Shown: positions 38,932-48,100 of the stretch, one piece after another | Layout: the number at the start of each line of letters is the position of its first letter | Numbering within the stretch: position 1 is the first letter of the stretch | NCBI GenBank assembly: GCA_965215195.1 | Contig: CBDCDC010000002.1 | Span: 4,704,001 to 4,768,000, forward strand | From: Candidatus Latescibacterota bacterium | GTDB lineage: Bacteria; Latescibacterota; UBA2968; UBA8231 | Direction of reading: 5' to 3' | Length of the DNA stretch: 64,000 nt | Notes under the pieces: model-generated | The model's input: the letters and a program-made list of their open reading frames with translations, nothing else | Database searches by the model: none | Told to the model about the DNA's origin: nothing | Made by a program: the position numbers and the translations under genes

Positions 38932-39195
38932 ATGGATGACTCCATTCTCCTACAGGAACTTGAAACCCTCGCCGCAGGGCTGGATATCGAGGTGCGCTAC
39001 GACGATTTCGAGGGCCGGGGTGGGCTTTGTCGCTACGGCGGTAGGTCCTACTTGATCGTCAATCGCGAACTCGATACCGGAGCCAGAGTGCATTTGTTTT
39101 GCCGCGCCCTTTCGCGGCTGCCGCTCGACGCGGTCTTTATCCGTCCCCAAGTGCGGGAGCGAATCGAAAAATGTAGATCGCCTGCCGCCGCCTAG
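38932..39195 (+). CDS. Conserved small hypothetical protein
   Basis: LDIEVRY...GGLCR.GG...IVN...FIRPQVRE pattern; fills the gap between surE and rpmI. Confidence 0.65.
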   Translation: MDDSILLQELETLAAGLDIEVRYDDFEGRGGLCRYGGRSYLIVNRELDTGARVHLFCRALSRLPLDAVFIRPQVRERIEKCRSPAAA

Positions 39196-39282
39196 TTGCC
39201 TGCAATTCAGGGACTAATCGCGCCCCAGTACCGCGCCCTTTCCCGACAAAATTTTACCGCCCGCAGAGCGGCCTGCCCTTCC

Positions 39283-39311
39283 TTGACAGTCCCTATTTCA
39301 TGGCCTATTTT
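39283..39311 (+). promoter_or_regulatory. sigma70 promoter of rpmI-rplT
   Basis: TTGACA-17 bp-TATTTT. Confidence 0.7.
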
Positions 39312-39347
39312 AGCTCCTTTGTCTAAAATCGAGACAGAAGGACCACC

Positions 39348-39545
39348 ATGCCCAAAATCAAGACGCACAAATCCTCGTCCAAGCGCTTTAAGAAGCGCGG
39401 ATCGGGCCGCCTGAAGCGGCGCAATGCCTATGCCACGCACCTTTTGGGCGGCCGCTCGACCAAGCGCAAACGGGCCTTTCGCAAAAACAGCCCGGTCTCG
39501 TCGGCAGACCTAGCCAATGTTCGCCGTGCCCTGAACCTCAAGTAA
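39348..39545 (+). CDS. rpmI: 50S ribosomal protein L35
   Basis: MPKIKTHKSSSKRFK. Confidence 0.97.
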   Translation: MPKIKTHKSSSKRFKKRGSGRLKRRNAYATHLLGGRSTKRKRAFRKNSPVSSADLANVRRALNLK

Positions 39546-39568
39546 GTGAATTTAACGGAGAATAATCC

Positions 39569-39922
39569 ATGCCACGGGTACATCACGCCGTAGCCACCAA
39601 AAAGCGCAAGAAGAAGGTACTCAAACAATCCAAGGGTTATTGGGGGGCGCGCAGTCGCCTCTTCCGCACTGCTAGAGAAGCCGTCGACCGCGCTCAAGTC
39701 TACGCCTACCGCGACCGGCGCCGGCGCAAGCGGGACTTCCGCCGCCTCTGGATTATCCGCATCAATGCCGCCGCCCGCCGCAACGGCATGTCTTATAGCC
39801 AGCTCGTCCACGGGCTGGAACAAGCCGGCGTTGCAATCAACCGCAAGATCTTGGCCGATCTGGCCGTGCGCGATCCGGACGCCTTTGCCGCGGTAGTCGA
39901 ACAAGCCCGGTCCCACGTCTAA
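39569..39922 (+). CDS. rplT: 50S ribosomal protein L20
   Basis: [29 protein letters not shown]. Confidence 0.98.
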   Translation: MPRVHHAVATKKRKKKVLKQSKGYWGARSRLFRTAREAVDRAQVYAYRDRRRRKRDFRRLWIIRINAAARRNGMSYSQLVHGLEQAGVAINRKILADLAVRDPDAFAAVVEQARSHV

Positions 39923-39939
39923 ACTTACATCCATCCGAC

Positions 39940-39975
39940 AAAAAGGGGCCGGCGATGCGCGCTGGGCCCTTTTTT
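39940..39975 (+). terminator. Rho-independent terminator after rplT
   Basis: AAAAAGGGGCCGGCG...CGCTGGGCCCTTTTTT. Confidence 0.7.
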
Positions 39976-39994
39976 GTTCTATATAGGTCTATAA

Positions 39995-41005
39995 ATGTTA
40001 GAAGAAGTGCGACAATTGGCGTCGGTGGCCGTAGAGGAAATCGCGGCCGCCCGAGACGATAAGGCGCTGGAGGCACTGCGAGTTCACCACCTCGGGCGCA
40101 AGAGCCGGTTGCGCCAGATCGCGCGGCTGATCGGCCAGCAACCCGCTGCCCAACGACCGGCGCTAGGGGAGGCCACTGGTCGCGCTCAACAGGCCATTCA
40201 GCAGGCTCTAGACGCCAAGGCTCTAGCCTTCCGGCAGGTGGCCGAAGCGGCTTCGGCCCTCGACGTAACGCTCCCGGGCCGACGGCCCCTCTTGGGCTGT
40301 GCCCACCCCCTGTCCCAGCTAACCGACGAATTGATCGGCATCTTCCAAGGCATGGGTTTTGACGTGGCCGACGGGCCGGAAGCCGAGGACGAGTACCACA
40401 ACTTCGATGCCCTCAACACCCCGGCCGACCACCCCGCGCGCGACCTGCACGACACTTTCTATATAGAGGGCGGTGGACTCATGCGCACCCACACCTCCAC
40501 CGTGCAGATCCGCGTCATGGAGCAAACGCCGCCGCCGGTGCGGATCATCTCCTTGGGTCGCTGCTACCGCAGGGAAACGGTCGATGCAACCCACCACTTC
40601 GCCTTCCACCAGATCGAGGGTCTATACGTCGATCGCGGGGTCTCTTTCGCCGACTTGAAGGGCACTATTGAGGCCATGGGACGCCAGCTTATGGGCGCGG
40701 AGACCCGAGTGCGCTTTCGGCCTCACTTCTTTCCCTTTACCGAGCCAAGCGTGGAATACGATTTCACCTGCATCTGCAACGGGCAACGCGCGAACTGCTC
40801 CATCTGCAAGGAGACGGGGTGGATCGAAATCGCCGGGGCCGGCATGGTCGATCCGGCCGTTTTTACCGCGGTGGGCTACGACCCAGAGGAATATACTGGC
40901 TTTGCCTTCGGCATGGGATTGGAGCGGATCGCCATGATCCGACACGGCATCGACGACGTGCGGCGCTTCCTCGAAAACGACTTGCGCTTCACTCGGCAGT
41001 TCTGA
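39995..41005 (+). CDS. pheS: Phenylalanine-tRNA ligase alpha subunit
   Basis: HPARDLHDTF, RTHTS, FPFTEPS, GFAFGMGLERIAM. Confidence 0.98.
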   Translation: MLEEVRQLASVAVEEIAAARDDKALEALRVHHLGRKSRLRQIARLIGQQPAAQRPALGEATGRAQQAIQQALDAKALAFRQVAEAASALDVTLPGRRPLLGCAHPLSQLTDELIGIFQGMGFDVADGPEAEDEYHNFDALNTPADHPARDLHDTFYIEGGGLMRTHTSTVQIRVMEQTPPPVRIISLGRCYRRETVDATHHFAFHQIEGLYVDRGVSFADLKGTIEAMGRQLMGAETRVRFRPHFFPFTEPSVEYDFTCICNGQRANCSICKETGWIEIAGAGMVDPAVFTAVGYDPEEYTGFAFGMGLERIAMIRHGIDDVRRFLENDLRFTRQF

Positions 41006-41023
41006 GGTTTTCGACAACGCCTT

Positions 41024-43402
41024 ATGAAAATCACTTATAACTGGCTCAAGGAATACGTGGACTTCGACTGGGATTGGCCCGAGCTGGCCGAGCGCCTGAC
41101 CATGGCGGGCTTGGCATTCGAGGGCGTCGAAGACCTTGGCGCACGCTACGAGGGCGTCGTCATTGGCCGCGTCAACGCCTGTCGCCCACACGAAAGCGCC
41201 GACCGCTTGACCGTCTGCCAAGTCGATGTGGGGACCGGGGTCAACACCATCGTCTGCGGAGCGCCCAATGTCGCGGCCGGGCAAACCGTGGCCGTCGCCC
41301 TGCCCGGCACTGCGTTGCCCGGGGGCATGCGGATCAAAAAAGTCAAAATTCGCGGCGTCGCATCCGAGGGCATGCTCTGCGCCGAAGACGAGCTCGGGCT
41401 GGGCGATAGCCACGACGGCATTGTGGTGCTCGACGAGGACCTCCCGGTCGGGACTCCCTTTGCCGCGGCCACTGGGCTGGGCGACGTGGTCCTCGACTTC
41501 GAGGTTACGCCCAACCGCCCAGACTGCCTGAGCCTCTTGGGCATTGCCCGCGAGGTCCACGCGCTCACCGGCAACCCCTTGCGCTTTCCCAACGCACAGG
41601 TGCCCGAAAGCGGACCGGCCACCGCGGCAGACGTGCGGATCGACATCGAGGCCCCGGACGATTGCCCGCGCTACGTCGGCCGCATCGTGCGCGGCGTCGA
41701 GGTTGGTCCCTCGCCTCAGTGGCTCCAGCGCCGACTCCAAGCCGTAGGTCAACGCCCGATCAACAACATCGTCGATATCACCAACTACGTGCTGCTGGAG
41801 TTGGGGCATCCCCTGCACGCTTTCGACCTAGGCGCACTGGCCCAGCGGCGCATCGTCGTCCGGCGAGCGCGCTCCGGCGAGACCTTGGAACTCCTCGACG
41901 GCACCGAGTGTCAGCTCGACGAAGAGATGCTGGTCATCGCCGATGGGACGCGGCCCCAAGCACTAGCCGGGGTCATGGGCGGGGTCCATTCCCAAGTCTC
42001 GGCGACCACTGCGGACATTCTGCTCGAAAGCGCGTATTTCGCACCGTCGCGGGTGCGGCTGGCCCGGTCTCGCTTGGGGCTGTTCACCGAGGCGGCCACG
42101 CGCTTTGAGCGCGGTGCCGATTGGGACGCCCCGGCGCAGGCCATGGACCGCGCCGCTCGCCTCATCGCCGAACTGGCCGGCGGCGCGGTCGCCCCAAATC
42201 CTTTAGACGCGTACCCCCGCCCCAGCCAACGCCGCCAAATCCCGCTCTGCGTCGAGCGCACCAACCAGCTCTTGGCTACGGAGTTGGCTCCCGCCGCCAT
42301 CGTCCAGATTCTCGAGCGTCTCGGCTGCCGGGTTGAGTCGGGCGGCCCCCTCGCGGTAACGGCCCCGAGCTTCCGCCCCGACCTGACGCGCCCGGCCGAC
42401 CTCATCGAGGAAGTCGGCCGCATCTACGGCTTCGACCGCATTGAGGGCCGTCAAGAGGCGTCTGGGCCTTGGATCACTCGGCGCGACCCCGAGATCGCCT
42501 TTAGGCAGGTTGCTCGGCAGCGGCTCTTGGGCTTGGGTTTGGACGAGGTCGTCAGCAATGCGATCGTCGAATCCCGCTGGCTCGAACTGGCCGGTGCTGC
42601 CGGCCAAGCCGCCCGCTTGGCCAACCCGCCGACCGAAACCCAAGACGCCTTGCGCACCACCTTGGGGCCGAGCCTCTTGGATGTCGCGCGTCGCAACTTC
42701 AACCAGCGGGCCGCGGGGGTGGCCATTTTCGAGTTGGGCAAGTGCTTTGTCGCCAGCGCGGAAAAGGACGCAAGGCCCGGGGAAAGCTGGCACCTCGCAG
42801 CCCTGTGGTCGGGCCGGGTCTCAGCGTCTCCCTATCAGGCCGACGCCCGCGAGGCCGACTTCTTCGACCTCAAGGGCCTGCTCGAAGCGCTAGTGGGCGA
42901 GGGGGATCTCCGCTTTACTCGCGCCGACCGCCCCGAATGCCGCTCTGGGTACGCGGCTTGTGTTTCCCTCGGCGGCCAGCCCCTCGGCTGGTTGGGCCAA
43001 GTTTCGGCCGGCTTGTGCGCGGCATTTGATTTAGAGCGTCAAGTACATATTTTTGAAATATCGTTTGCCGCGCTAGTGCGCCATTGGCACGGTCGGGAGC
43101 GCTCGTTTGCCGCGCTTCCCAAGTTTCCGCCGATCGAGCGCGACTTGGCCGTAGTCGTACGCGCAGACACTGCAACCGCCGAACTCATCGCCACCATGCG
43201 AGACAGCGCACCCCGCCTCGTCGAATCCATCGAGGTTTTTGACCTCTACCAAGGGGACCAAATAGAAGCAGGCCACAAAAGCGTGGCTTTCGCCATTCGT
43301 CTGCGCGACCGCGAGCAGACCTTGCAGGACGCTCAGGCCGACGCGGCGATCTCCTCGATGCTCGAGGGCCTCGCAGCGCGGTTCGGCGCTCGTTTGCGCT
43401 AA
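41024..43402 (+). CDS. pheT: Phenylalanine-tRNA ligase beta subunit
   Basis: IVCGAPNV, TPNRPDCLS, RFERG, DLIEEVGRIYG, FDX-ACB tail. Confidence 0.98.
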   Translation: MKITYNWLKEYVDFDWDWPELAERLTMAGLAFEGVEDLGARYEGVVIGRVNACRPHESADRLTVCQVDVGTGVNTIVCGAPNVAAGQTVAVALPGTALPGGMRIKKVKIRGVASEGMLCAEDELGLGDSHDGIVVLDEDLPVGTPFAAATGLGDVVLDFEVTPNRPDCLSLLGIAREVHALTGNPLRFPNAQVPESGPATAADVRIDIEAPDDCPRYVGRIVRGVEVGPSPQWLQRRLQAVGQRPINNIVDITNYVLLELGHPLHAFDLGALAQRRIVVRRARSGETLELLDGTECQLDEEMLVIADGTRPQALAGVMGGVHSQVSATTADILLESAYFAPSRVRLARSRLGLFTEAATRFERGADWDAPAQAMDRAARLIAELAGGAVAPNPLDAYPRPSQRRQIPLCVERTNQLLATELAPAAIVQILERLGCRVESGGPLAVTAPSFRPDLTRPADLIEEVGRIYGFDRIEGRQEASGPWITRRDPEIAFRQVARQRLLGLGLDEVVSNAIVESRWLELAGAAGQAARLANPPTETQDALRTTLGPSLLDVARRNFNQRAAGVAIFELGKCFVASAEKDARPGESWHLAALWSGRVSASPYQADAREADFFDLKGLLEALVGEGDLRFTRADRPECRSGYAACVSLGGQPLGWLGQVSAGLCAAFDLERQVHIFEISFAALVRHWHGRERSFAALPKFPPIERDLAVVVRADTATAELIATMRDSAPRLVESIEVFDLYQGDQIEAGHKSVAFAIRLRDREQTLQDAQADAAISSMLEGLAARFGARLR

Positions 43403-43434
43403 TCCCAACCCCAATCAGGAGTACAGCACCCCCA

Positions 43435-43716
43435 ATGGATGTAAACAAAACTTTTGAACGCCTTGAGCACCAAGTCAACCGCCTGACGGGAGTACTCGAA
43501 ACGCTCCGCAAGGAAAATGGCGAGCTGAATGAGCAGATACAGAGCCTCCAACAAAAAAACGACGGCCTACAGGCAGAGGTCCAAAGCCTCCAAGAAGAAA
43601 TCAGCGCCGCCCGCAGTGAGAACGAACAGTTCAAAAAGGACAAAGAAGCGGTGAAGGGACGCATCGAACAGATCCTCAGCCGCTTGGATAGCGCCGTCAG
43701 CACTGAGAACGAATAG
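43435..43716 (+). CDS. zapB: Cell division protein ZapB-like coiled coil
   Basis: Pure coiled coil lying between pheT and zapA. Confidence 0.7.
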   Translation: MDVNKTFERLEHQVNRLTGVLETLRKENGELNEQIQSLQQKNDGLQAEVQSLQEEISAARSENEQFKKDKEAVKGRIEQILSRLDSAVSTENE

Positions 43717-43771
43717 CTCGGCAGGTCGAAGCGGCCCACCTAGACAAAGACGTCTGAAAAAGGGGTCTAGT

Positions 43772-44086
43772 ATGTCGTCCCAAGTAATTGTCAAAATATT
43801 CGACAAGCACTACACGCTAGGGGTCGATCAAGAGCACTCTGCCGAATACGTGCAGCAGCTCGCCCAGATGGTGGACGAGCGCATGCACGAGATCAAGCGC
43901 GAGATCAAAGGCGGCTCCCCACTGCAAGTGGCCATCTTGGCCAGTCTGAGCTTGGTGGAGGAACTCCTAGCCCTGCGGGAGGACTACGCTTCCGCCGAAG
44001 CCGATATCGCCCTGCGGACTTCTCAGCTCGCCACCTCGCTTGGGCACCTTTTCGCCGAAGTGGAAGTTCCCCGCTCCGATAGCTAA
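43772..44086 (+). CDS. zapA: Cell division protein ZapA
   Basis: VKIFDKHY, LAQMVDERM, VAILASL; conserved synteny. Confidence 0.88.
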   Translation: MSSQVIVKIFDKHYTLGVDQEHSAEYVQQLAQMVDERMHEIKREIKGGSPLQVAILASLSLVEELLALREDYASAEADIALRTSQLATSLGHLFAEVEVPRSDS

Positions 44087-44165
44087 AGCAGTATGCTGAG
44101 CCGGGTTCGCCCCGTGCTCTGGTCCGATGCCCGAAGGTATCGAGACCAATGAGAAAGAGATCCCC

Positions 44166-45740
44166 ATGTTTAATGGGTTTGACTATATAATCCTAATCTG
44201 TTCTGCCTTCGCTTTTTTCGCCGGCGGCTGTCTCCTCGGCTGGCTCGGGAGCGAGCGGATGCGCAACAACAGACTGCGCAGCACCCAAGCCACCGCCGAT
44301 CAGATTGTCGCCCGCGCCCGCCAAGAAGCCGAAGTCCTAAAAAAAAACGCCTTGCTCGAAGCGAGAGACGAGTGGCACCGCGAGCGCGGCCCACTCGAAA
44401 AGGAGCAAGAGACGCAGAGGCACTCGCTGCGCGACCTCGCGGCCAAGCTGCTAGAGCGCGAACAGCAACTAGAGCGCAAAATAGACCTGCTCACGAGCAA
44501 GGAGCGCGAACAGCTCAAGAACGAACAGGACCTCGACCGCCGCGAGGCAGCCATAACTACAGCCGAGACGCGAGTGCAGGACCTCGACCGCGAGCAGAGT
44601 CGGCGGCTGGAAGAGCTGGCCGGCATCAGCCAGCAAGAGGCCCGGCGCATACTCGTCGATCAGCTAGAGGAACGCGCCCGCCAAGTCGCCGCCCGCAAAG
44701 TCCGCGAGATCAAGGACACTGCCATTGCCACGGCCAACCTCGAGGCCAAGGAAATTATCACCCGCGCCATCCAGCGCTTCGCCGGGGGGCTGACCGTCGA
44801 AAGTACGCTTTCGGTATTGCCCATCCCCTTCGACGACATGAAGGGGCGCATCATCGGTCGCGACGGCCGCAACATCCGCTCCTTTGAAATGATCACCGGC
44901 GTCGAAGTCATCGTCGATGATACCCCTAACATGGTCATGCTCTCGGGCTTTGATCCACTGCGCCGCGAGGTGGCCAGACACACCCTCGAAGCGCTCATCC
45001 GCGACGGCCGCATCCACCCCGGGCGCATTGAGGAAGTGTACGACAAGGCCCGCAGCACCGTTGAGGAGATGATCCGCGAGTCCGGCTCCAAAGCCGCCTT
45101 TGACCTCGGCATTCACGACTTGACCGAGCCGCTGTTGGAAATTCTGGGCAAGCTCCGCTTCCGCACCAGCTACGGGCAAAACTTGCTGGTCCACAGCAAG
45201 GAAGTCGGGTTCTTGGCCGGCATGATGGCCGAGATGCTCAACCTCGATGTGGTGCTGGCCCGCCGCGCCGGTCTCTTGCACGACATCGGCAAGGCCCAGG
45301 ACTTTGAGTTGGGCAACGACCTAGCACAGAGCAGCGCCGTACTGGCCCGCAAGTGCGGCGAAAGCCCTGAAGTCGTGCAGATCATCGAAACCCACAGCAA
45401 GCACACGCCCTCGCGCTCGGCCATCGCCGTACTAGTCGAAGCCGCCAACGAAATCTCCACCCACCGCCCGGGTGCTCGCAAGGAAAAAGTCGAGGAGTAC
45501 ATCCGCCGCTTGCACTACATTGAGGAACTCGCGGCCGACTACGTGGGCGTGAAGCAAGCTTTTGCCCTGCAAAACGGCAAGGAGGTTCGGGTCTTGGTCG
45601 ATAGCGGGATGGTGGACGACACGTATGCCGAACAACTCGCCGATGAAATCACCAGCAAGCTCGAGCAACAGCTCGAATACCCCGGGCAGTTGCGCGTCTG
45701 CATCATCCGCGAGATGCGCGCCGAGTCCTACGCGCGGTGA
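44166..45740 (+). CDS. rny: Ribonuclease Y (divergent HD domain)
   Basis: N-terminal TM, coiled coil, KH (MKGRIIGRDGRNIR), RTSYGQN, LLHDIGK, RPGAR. Confidence 0.93.
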   Translation: MFNGFDYIILICSAFAFFAGGCLLGWLGSERMRNNRLRSTQATADQIVARARQEAEVLKKNALLEARDEWHRERGPLEKEQETQRHSLRDLAAKLLEREQQLERKIDLLTSKEREQLKNEQDLDRREAAITTAETRVQDLDREQSRRLEELAGISQQEARRILVDQLEERARQVAARKVREIKDTAIATANLEAKEIITRAIQRFAGGLTVESTLSVLPIPFDDMKGRIIGRDGRNIRSFEMITGVEVIVDDTPNMVMLSGFDPLRREVARHTLEALIRDGRIHPGRIEEVYDKARSTVEEMIRESGSKAAFDLGIHDLTEPLLEILGKLRFRTSYGQNLLVHSKEVGFLAGMMAEMLNLDVVLARRAGLLHDIGKAQDFELGNDLAQSSAVLARKCGESPEVVQIIETHSKHTPSRSAIAVLVEAANEISTHRPGARKEKVEEYIRRLHYIEELAADYVGVKQAFALQNGKEVRVLVDSGMVDDTYAEQLADEITSKLEQQLEYPGQLRVCIIREMRAESYAR

Positions 45741-46519
45741 ACATTCTCTTCGTCGCCGATATCTTTGCCCGGCCGGGTCGCCGGGTCGCCGCGGCCCTGA
45801 TTCCCGAGTTGGTGCAACAGCGCGACGTCTCTCTGGTGATTGCCAACGGCGAAAATGCTGCCGGAGGGTTTGGCCTCACCGACCGCATCGCGCACAAGCT
45901 GCACAGCTATGGTGCCGACATCATCACCAGCGGCAATCACGTCTGGGATCGCCGCGAGTTCATTCCGTACTTAGACCAGTCAGACCGCGTCCTGCGCCCC
46001 TTCAACTACCCAAAAGAGGCCCCCGGCACGGGTGCGACCGTCGTTGCCGTACGCGGCGGTCCCCCGGTGGCCGTGCTCTGCCTCCAAGGGCGCACCGGTA
46101 TGCCCACCATCGACTGCCCCTTCCGCACGGGCCGCGCCGAGGTTGAGCGCCTATACACAGAGACGCCCCTTATTTTTGTGGATTTCCACGCCGAAGCCAC
46201 GGCTGAGAAAATGGCCTTGGGCTTCTACCTCGACGGGCTAGCCACCGCGGTCATCGGAACCCACACCCACGTGCAAACCGCGGATGAGCGCATCCTGCCC
46301 AAAGGCACCGCGTACCTAACCGACGCCGGCATGACCGGCACCTGCGAATCCGTGATTGGCGTGCGTCCCGAAATGGCCATCCAACGCTTCCTCACCCAAG
46401 TGCCCACCCGCTTCAAGCCCGCCGACGGCAAGGCGGTCCTCTGCGGTGCGCTCGTCAAGGCCGACGAAGCAAGCGGCCGGGCCACCCGGATCGAGCGATT
46501 GCAGCTAGCTGAGCCTTGA
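45737..46519 (+). CDS. ymdB: YmdB-family metallophosphoesterase
   Basis: ANGENAAGGFG, TSGNHVWD, DFHAEATAEK, GTHTHVQTAD. Confidence 0.93.
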   Translation: MNILFVADIFARPGRRVAAALIPELVQQRDVSLVIANGENAAGGFGLTDRIAHKLHSYGADIITSGNHVWDRREFIPYLDQSDRVLRPFNYPKEAPGTGATVVAVRGGPPVAVLCLQGRTGMPTIDCPFRTGRAEVERLYTETPLIFVDFHAEATAEKMALGFYLDGLATAVIGTHTHVQTADERILPKGTAYLTDAGMTGTCESVIGVRPEMAIQRFLTQVPTRFKPADGKAVLCGALVKADEASGRATRIERLQLAEP

Positions 46520-46611
46520 CCTCGCCCCTCCAGCGGCCTATTCTGGTGATTGGGAATTGCGAATTAAGCGCGAATTCCCAATTGATTCTCTCTTCTCCAA
46601 CCGGAGCATCT

Positions 46612-47856
46612 ATGTCCTTTCGCGAGCCGGTCTTCTGGACCGATGCCGAACACGCAGCCCACCGGCCCTACTCGGTCTCCGAAATCACCAGCCAAGTCAA
46701 GGGCCTGCTCGAGGAGAGCCTGCCCAAGTGCTGGGTTGAGGGCGAGCTCTCTCAGTACAACCACCACAGCTCTGGCCACCGCTATTTCACGCTCAAAGAC
46801 AACGCGAGCCAGCTAAGCGCGGTGATGTTCAAGTGGAAGGCCGGCTCGCTCTCCTTCAGCCCCCAACAGGGCATGCAGGTGCTGGTGTACGGATATATCT
46901 CCGTCTTCGAGCGCGGGGGGAAGTACCAGCTCTACGCCGAGCAGATCAAACCCGCGGGCGTCGGCGAGCTGGCCATCGCCTTTGAGCAGCTCAAAAATCG
47001 CCTAGAGGCCGAAGGGCTTTTCGCCGAAAACCGCAAGCGACCCCTGCCCCTGTATCCCCGCAAAATCGGCGTGGTGACCTCGCCAACCGGTGCGGCCATC
47101 CGCGACATCATCCAAATCCTCGAGCGCCGCGCCCCGGATATTGAGATCGTCCTCTGCCCCGCTCGGGTCCAAGGCGAGGGTGCCGCCGCTGAGATCGCCA
47201 AGGCCATCGCCAGCTTGAATCAGCTAGACGACATCGACGCGTTGATCGTCGGCCGCGGCGGCGGTGCTCCAGAAGACCTCTGGCCCTTCAACGACGAATC
47301 CGTCGCCCGGGCCATCTACCAGTCGCCCCAGCCCGTCATCTCTGCCGTCGGCCACGAGATCGATTACACCATCGCCGACTACGTGGCCGACTGCCGCGCC
47401 CCAACCCCCTCGGCCGCGGCCGAAATGGTCGCCCGTGAACGCAGTGCTCTGCGCGAGCGAGTCGCCGAGCAACAAGGCCGCTTGCTCGCGGAAATGGAGC
47501 GCTACCTCAGCTCCTTAGAGGAGCGGCTGCGCCACTGCGACCCGACCCGCCTGTGCGCACGCCTCGACGACCGCTTGCAGCAACAAAGCCTATACCTCGA
47601 CGAGCGCCGCCAAGCCCTTTCTACTGCTTTCGATTGGTTTTTGCGTACGCGGGTTGAGGCCCTGTCCAACGCCGCCACCCGCCTTGACGACCTCAGCCCG
47701 CTTACGAGCTTAGCGCGCGGTTTTGCCCTAGTCGAACACATCGCCAACAAACGCCTCGTCCGCGACAGCAATGAGCTTCAGCCGGGCGACAAACTGCAAC
47801 TGCGCTTTCGCCGCGGAGGTGCCATCTGCTGTGTGGAGGAGAAACTCGATGAGTGA
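46612..47856 (+). CDS. xseA: Exodeoxyribonuclease VII large subunit
   Basis: SGHRYFTLKD, VTSPTGAAIRD, RGGG..EDLW, VGHE.D, PTPSAAAE. Confidence 0.96.
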   Translation: MSFREPVFWTDAEHAAHRPYSVSEITSQVKGLLEESLPKCWVEGELSQYNHHSSGHRYFTLKDNASQLSAVMFKWKAGSLSFSPQQGMQVLVYGYISVFERGGKYQLYAEQIKPAGVGELAIAFEQLKNRLEAEGLFAENRKRPLPLYPRKIGVVTSPTGAAIRDIIQILERRAPDIEIVLCPARVQGEGAAAEIAKAIASLNQLDDIDALIVGRGGGAPEDLWPFNDESVARAIYQSPQPVISAVGHEIDYTIADYVADCRAPTPSAAAEMVARERSALRERVAEQQGRLLAEMERYLSSLEERLRHCDPTRLCARLDDRLQQQSLYLDERRQALSTAFDWFLRTRVEALSNAATRLDDLSPLTSLARGFALVEHIANKRLVRDSNELQPGDKLQLRFRRGGAICCVEEKLDE

Positions 47857-48079
47857 ATCTTTTGAAGAATCCCTAGCCCTGCTCGAAGAGAGCGTCCAGC
47901 GCCTCGAAACAGGCGACCTCAAGCTCGAAGAGGCCCTCGAACTATTTGAAAAAGGCGTCGCCGCCTCGCGCGCCTGCGGCCAGTGGCTCGACCAGACCCG
48001 CGAGCGCGTCCAAGTCCTCACCGCCGACACCGAGGGCCAATTCCGCCTCTCCTTTCTAGACGACGGAGACGACCAATAG
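47849..48079 (+). CDS. xseB: Exodeoxyribonuclease VII small subunit
   Basis: SFEESLALLE..V..LE.GDL.LEEAL.LFEKG. Confidence 0.93.
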   Translation: MSESFEESLALLEESVQRLETGDLKLEEALELFEKGVAASRACGQWLDQTRERVQVLTADTEGQFRLSFLDDGDDQ

Positions 48080-48100
48080 CAGCCCCTCGGCCTCGGCCCG

